Source: Toensbergia leucococca (Eukaryota). From it: 41,499 nucleotides of DNA. The notes beneath the pieces are model-generated. The model was not told the origin of the DNA, ran no database searches, and saw only the letters and a program-made list of their open reading frames with translations. The stretch is from positions 1 to 41,499 of the forward strand of contig JALDZS010000198.1 in the NCBI GenBank assembly GCA_022813965.1. Reading direction: 5' to 3'. This document shows, piece after piece, positions 38,001-41,499 of the stretch (its first letter is position 1; every line of letters starts with the position of its first letter). The position numbers were made by a program, and so were the translations under genes.

Positions 38001-38467
38001 ACCTGGTACCAGCCCTTAAGAATTTGTCTGAAATATTAGCTCACTCAACAAGGTAAGAGAGTTCTGAAGAACCTGTGAATCTACTACAAGTAGTAGACTC
38101 AGGTCTCTTAAATTAAGACTGTGTTGTAGGTAATCTAAAGTAGTTCTAATTAATGATGAATAGGATGTCAAGACAATTCTGAGGTATTTTATCATAGTTG
38201 CAGTTAGTGACTTTGATATAGTCAATTAATGGTTAGGCCTGCTGTAGATATTCTGATGAGGGGATTGACTTTGCTGCAAAAGGTTTAGAAGCTGATATTA
38301 TAGACTGAATTTAGGTAAAGAGCTGAATAAATTCAGTGAGTGAGGACATAGTTCTTTAATGAGTAGAATTACCCTAAAAACTTCAACTCAGTTAGTGATA
38401 AGTTAGATGGTAGTTTACTCATTCAATAGTAAGTAACTTAATAGCAACAGATACTGTTGCTATTATT

Positions 38468-38639
38468 TGTAAGAGTCTCTTATGAGATTTCAAATTCTGA
38501 GTGTAATTAGAAGATGGATTGCTATCTAGGTGCAAAGCTACTAGATATATCAGGGCTATGCCAAGCCACTTAGGGTTCTTGACTTGCCTATCCTCACCTA
38601 ATTACTCTTAGCCCTAAGTATAAAAGAAACACTATAACA
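38468..38639 (-). repeat. 5' LTR (172 bp)
   Basis: tgtaag...ataaca with TG..CA ends; direct repeat of 29536-29680. Confidence 0.92.
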
Positions 38640-39156
38640 CCCTTCTCTGTTCTGAAATTACACTTGCTTCATCTGTTTAGATCACACACTTTCAGTCATT
38701 CAGTGTTTAGTTCTTATGTTCTATTGCAAATTAAAGGTAAGTCAATTTTATCTTTGCTGTGAGACCAGGCTTCTTTTTAGGCTTACATTTTTTACATTCC
38801 TTTCTTTTAAGAGCCCGTTCAATTGTCTGTTTAGCTACATCAAGTTCACTAGTTAGCTGAGTGATTGTTTTCTCACATTCATAGCGGTCTCTTATAATAA
38901 GAGACAGAAGTTTTGCAACTAATTTTGGTATTGCCTCGAGAGGATGGCCTGATCAGGGTGCATTAGTGAGATACTTATCTTTAAGAATAAAAGATATAAA
39001 TGAGTTAAATTTATAATCTCTAGCTTTCTTTCTTATCTCACATAGATAAGTTCTTGAGAATTCAGTATAAGTAATTACTGAATTGATATTTATCTTATAC
39101 TTTAGCAAGGCCAACACTTGCGCTCTCTCTGCAAGACTAGTATGATGATTAAGCAT
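38640..39156 (-). pseudogene. Transposase N-terminal (DNA-binding) part
   Basis: Begins MLNHHTSLAERAQVLALLKY. After removing the Gypsy element and one TSD copy it joins the DDE part in frame (QRRGSIQV*KT). Confidence 0.75.
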
Positions 39157-39269
39157 AAAACACAATAAGCTACAAAAGAACGTCAAAATAATGAAAAACC
39201 CTTGAGGAACCATGGTTTAATAAGGAAAATAGAAAGAATTAGGAGAATAAAATAAAATTGAGAAAGTTT

Positions 39270-39341
39270 TATTGTAAGGGCTAGGAATCCTTATAGACGC
39301 TAGCTTATAGCGTGTCTGATTACTTTTGGACTATGCCTTTG
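39270..39341 (-). repeat. Right TIR of the Tc1-like element
   Basis: The reverse complement caaaggcatagtccaaaagtaatcagacacgctataagctagcgtctataagg matches the left TIR, mostly by G>A changes. Confidence 0.92.
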
Positions 39342-39526
39342 TATACCTCCTTTGACTATATCTATTTAGTGTATGCAAAATCCTAGAGGCAAACTAGATT
39401 TTTACAATTTTTTTTTCTCTCTTTAGATATTTTTTAAAATAATAGTAAATAGAGCTCAAATCAAAAATTAAATTCAGACATATTATAGAGCTTTATTATA
39501 TGATTCTATTACTGTAAAAATTGATC

Positions 39527-41099
39527 TTTTTTTTTTCTTTATTAAGTGAATGCAGCCTTAAGACTATATCACTGACTAAGTCTATATATATATGAGTATA
39601 GAAAAACCTTGTATTATCTGACATACATTCTGCTAATCAGTATATAGTTGTTAATGTAGCAATAGTACAATTTTTAACTAATATTTTAAGTCTTCTTTTC
39701 TTCTCTCTCTCTTACTCTTATTATTCTCTCTTGTCAGAGAAAACTGATAGAATTATAAATGTCAGTGTAGATGTTTAATGCTATATAAAATCTGTGTGAC
39801 AGACAGAATAAGTATACAGATTTTAAGTAAAGAATTAATCACATTTGACTTTAGCTTAAAACAGACACACTTTTGATGTTAGATTAATATAAACACACTG
39901 TTAATACAACAATAATACTAAAACATCTTATTAAAGTATCTGATATGACATGAGCATGTACATCTGCATACACATGCATGTTAATATCTCTCAATATCTT
40001 CTCATCTCTTTTACTTCTTATAGTGCTTATTAAAGTCTTTTAGTATTTATCTTTTAGTAATAATTCTAATAGTCTTTAAGTAAAGCAAGATATGCTTTAT
40101 TTCTTTCTTAGTAGTAAGAAGTGTTCTTAAATTTACTGACATTTTCTGATTTAGCTTCTTTCTTAGAGTTTGTTATTCAGCTCTAAAATGTCTACAGTGC
40201 ATCAAGATATAATCAGATAATTGTACTTCTGCTGTACAGATCTTATAACAGTATTAAGTAGTATAAGCTAATAGATAATATAAGTAGAATTTAAAATACT
40301 TATATTTTAGTTTTAGTTGCATGTAGATAAAGAAGGTAAGTTTATCAGCTTTTTTTAACTCTTAGATCATTTTCTGAGATGATTTCTAATTTAACAGCTT
40401 GTAAGATATTTCTTACTTAACTTTGATTTAATGTTTCTTTTATTCTAGCATAGTAATATTTTTTACTTGTCTTTTTACATGACTGAAAGAGGCAAACTTA
40501 TCAGATGTAGATGATATTATAGAGTCTATAGTCTGTTTTGCAGCTATATCTGCTAGAATATTTTCTTTGATATCTTGATAACCTGAAATTCAGTATATAT
40601 ATATTTGAAATTCTTTCTTTTGTAGCTCTAGCAGATTCTTATTTATCTTAGCAGTTTGATCAGCTTTTAATTCAGAAAAAGAACTTATAATTCTCTATAC
40701 AGCAGCTTAACTATCTATAAAACTTCATTAATATTTGTTTCTTTGTAATAAGGATTTCTTTTGTATTTATTTTATAGCTTGTAAAATAACATTCAACTCT
40801 TTGTTAAAGACTTTCATTAAGGTTTTTAAATATTAAGAATTCTTTTTTATGTCAGATCTTTTGAGAATAATACTAAAAGCTTCTGTGTGTGATTCTCTTT
40901 AAGATGCATCTGTATAAATTCTGATAACATCTAAGAGCAAGGTAAATATAAATTTAATGTTATTCTTTGCTGTTTACTTCTTGTTCTTTGATAAGATAAA
41001 TAGATTAATATTCTGTACTAGAGTTTATATATAATTTAATAAACTCAAATAAACTCTTTAACTTTGTCTTTATTAATAAAGCTTTAAAATACTGTTAAG
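39527..41099 (-). mobile_element. LINE (Tad1-like) ORF2 3' portion with RNase H relic, 3' UTR and A tail
   Basis: Minus strand reads IRIYTDAS (~40900-40930), *ISGYQDIKENILADIAAK (~40540-40600) and DYILMHCRHF. A poly-T tract on the + strand starts at 39527. Confidence 0.8.
39732..39986. mobile_element. Solo LTR (255 bp) inserted in the LINE
   Basis: Absent from the second LINE copy. Ends are tgtca...taata (mutated TGACA), with a 5-bp TSD tctct at 39727-39731 and 39987-39991. Confidence 0.82.
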
Positions 41100-41499
41100 T
41101 TTTTTATTTTTTTATTTTTTCATTAAGTGCATGCAGACTTAAGGTAATGGCACTGACTGAGTCTATATATGTATAAGTATAAAAACCTTGTATTACCTGA
41201 CATACTCCCTGCTGATTAGTCTATAGTTGTTGGTATAGCAATAACACAAATTTTGACTAATATTTTAAGTCTTTTCTTCTTTTCTCTCTCTTACCCTTAT
41301 TATTCTCTCTTAATATCTTCCTATCCTCTCTGTCTCTTATAATGCTTATTAAGGTCTTCTAGTATTTATCTTCTAGTAGCAATCCTGATAGTCTTTAAGT
41401 AAAGCAGGGTCTGCTTTATTCTTTCCTTGATAGTGAGAAGTGTTCTTAGGTTTACTAACATTTTCTGACCTAACTTTTCCCTTAGAGCTTGTTGTTTAG
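41100..41499 (-). mobile_element. Second LINE copy of the same family, 3' end; runs off the window
   Basis: Direct repeat of 39527-~40180 without the solo LTR, with a T-rich tail at 41100-41120. Confidence 0.85.

Larger units (their letters stand above)
29536..38639 (-). mobile_element. Full-length Ty3/Gypsy chromovirus LTR retrotransposon (~9.1 kb), mutationally inactivated
   Basis: Paired LTRs, a 5-bp TSD ttctt (29531-29535) / ccctt (38640-38644), and gag-PR-RT-RH-INT-chromodomain relics in Gypsy order. Confidence 0.93.
28099..39341 (-). mobile_element. Tc1/mariner (DD34E-type) DNA transposon, ~2.1 kb of its own sequence, interrupted by a Gypsy element
   Basis: ~70-bp terminal inverted repeats, TA on both flanks (28097-28098 and 39342-39343), and degraded transposase motifs on the minus strand. 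Confidence 0.9.

Noticed and set aside
39527..41499. Direct repeats interpreted as the LTR pair of a small retroelement
   Set aside because: The repeats end in A-rich tails, lack TG..CA termini and adjoin a LINE-type RNase H, so they are LINE 3' ends.

Overview
Filamentous ascomycete (Pezizomycotina) nuclear DNA in two compartments. Bases 1 to ~28,000 are gene-dense and intron-containing. They hold APN2 (5' part), COX13, APC5, CIA30, a Rim4/Msa1-like RRM gene, an NCU01977/DUR31-type solute:sodium symporter whose 475-nt third intron carries a TPP riboswitch, an MBA1-like gene, an EOS1-like gene with no in-frame AUG, SUI1/eIF1, SRB8/MED12 and RGD1. The APN2-COX13-APC5-CIA30 block normally flanks the mating-type locus, which probably lies just left of the window. 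A 5'-truncated LINE with a 14-bp TSD sits at the 5' end of a decayed orphan gene between APC5 and CIA30. Bases ~28,100-41,499 are an AT-rich, transition-mutated (RIP-like) transposon nest. A Tc1/mariner element (TA TSD, ~70-bp TIRs) is split by a 9.1-kb Ty3/Gypsy chromovirus that carries an extra unidentified ORF. Two LINE 3' ends follow, one interrupted by a solo LTR. All gene calls come from recognising motifs and splicing by eye; no database search was run. I found no clearly new system. The best leads are a second long-range pairing in the riboswitch intron, the AUG-less EOS1 start, and the extra retroelement ORF.
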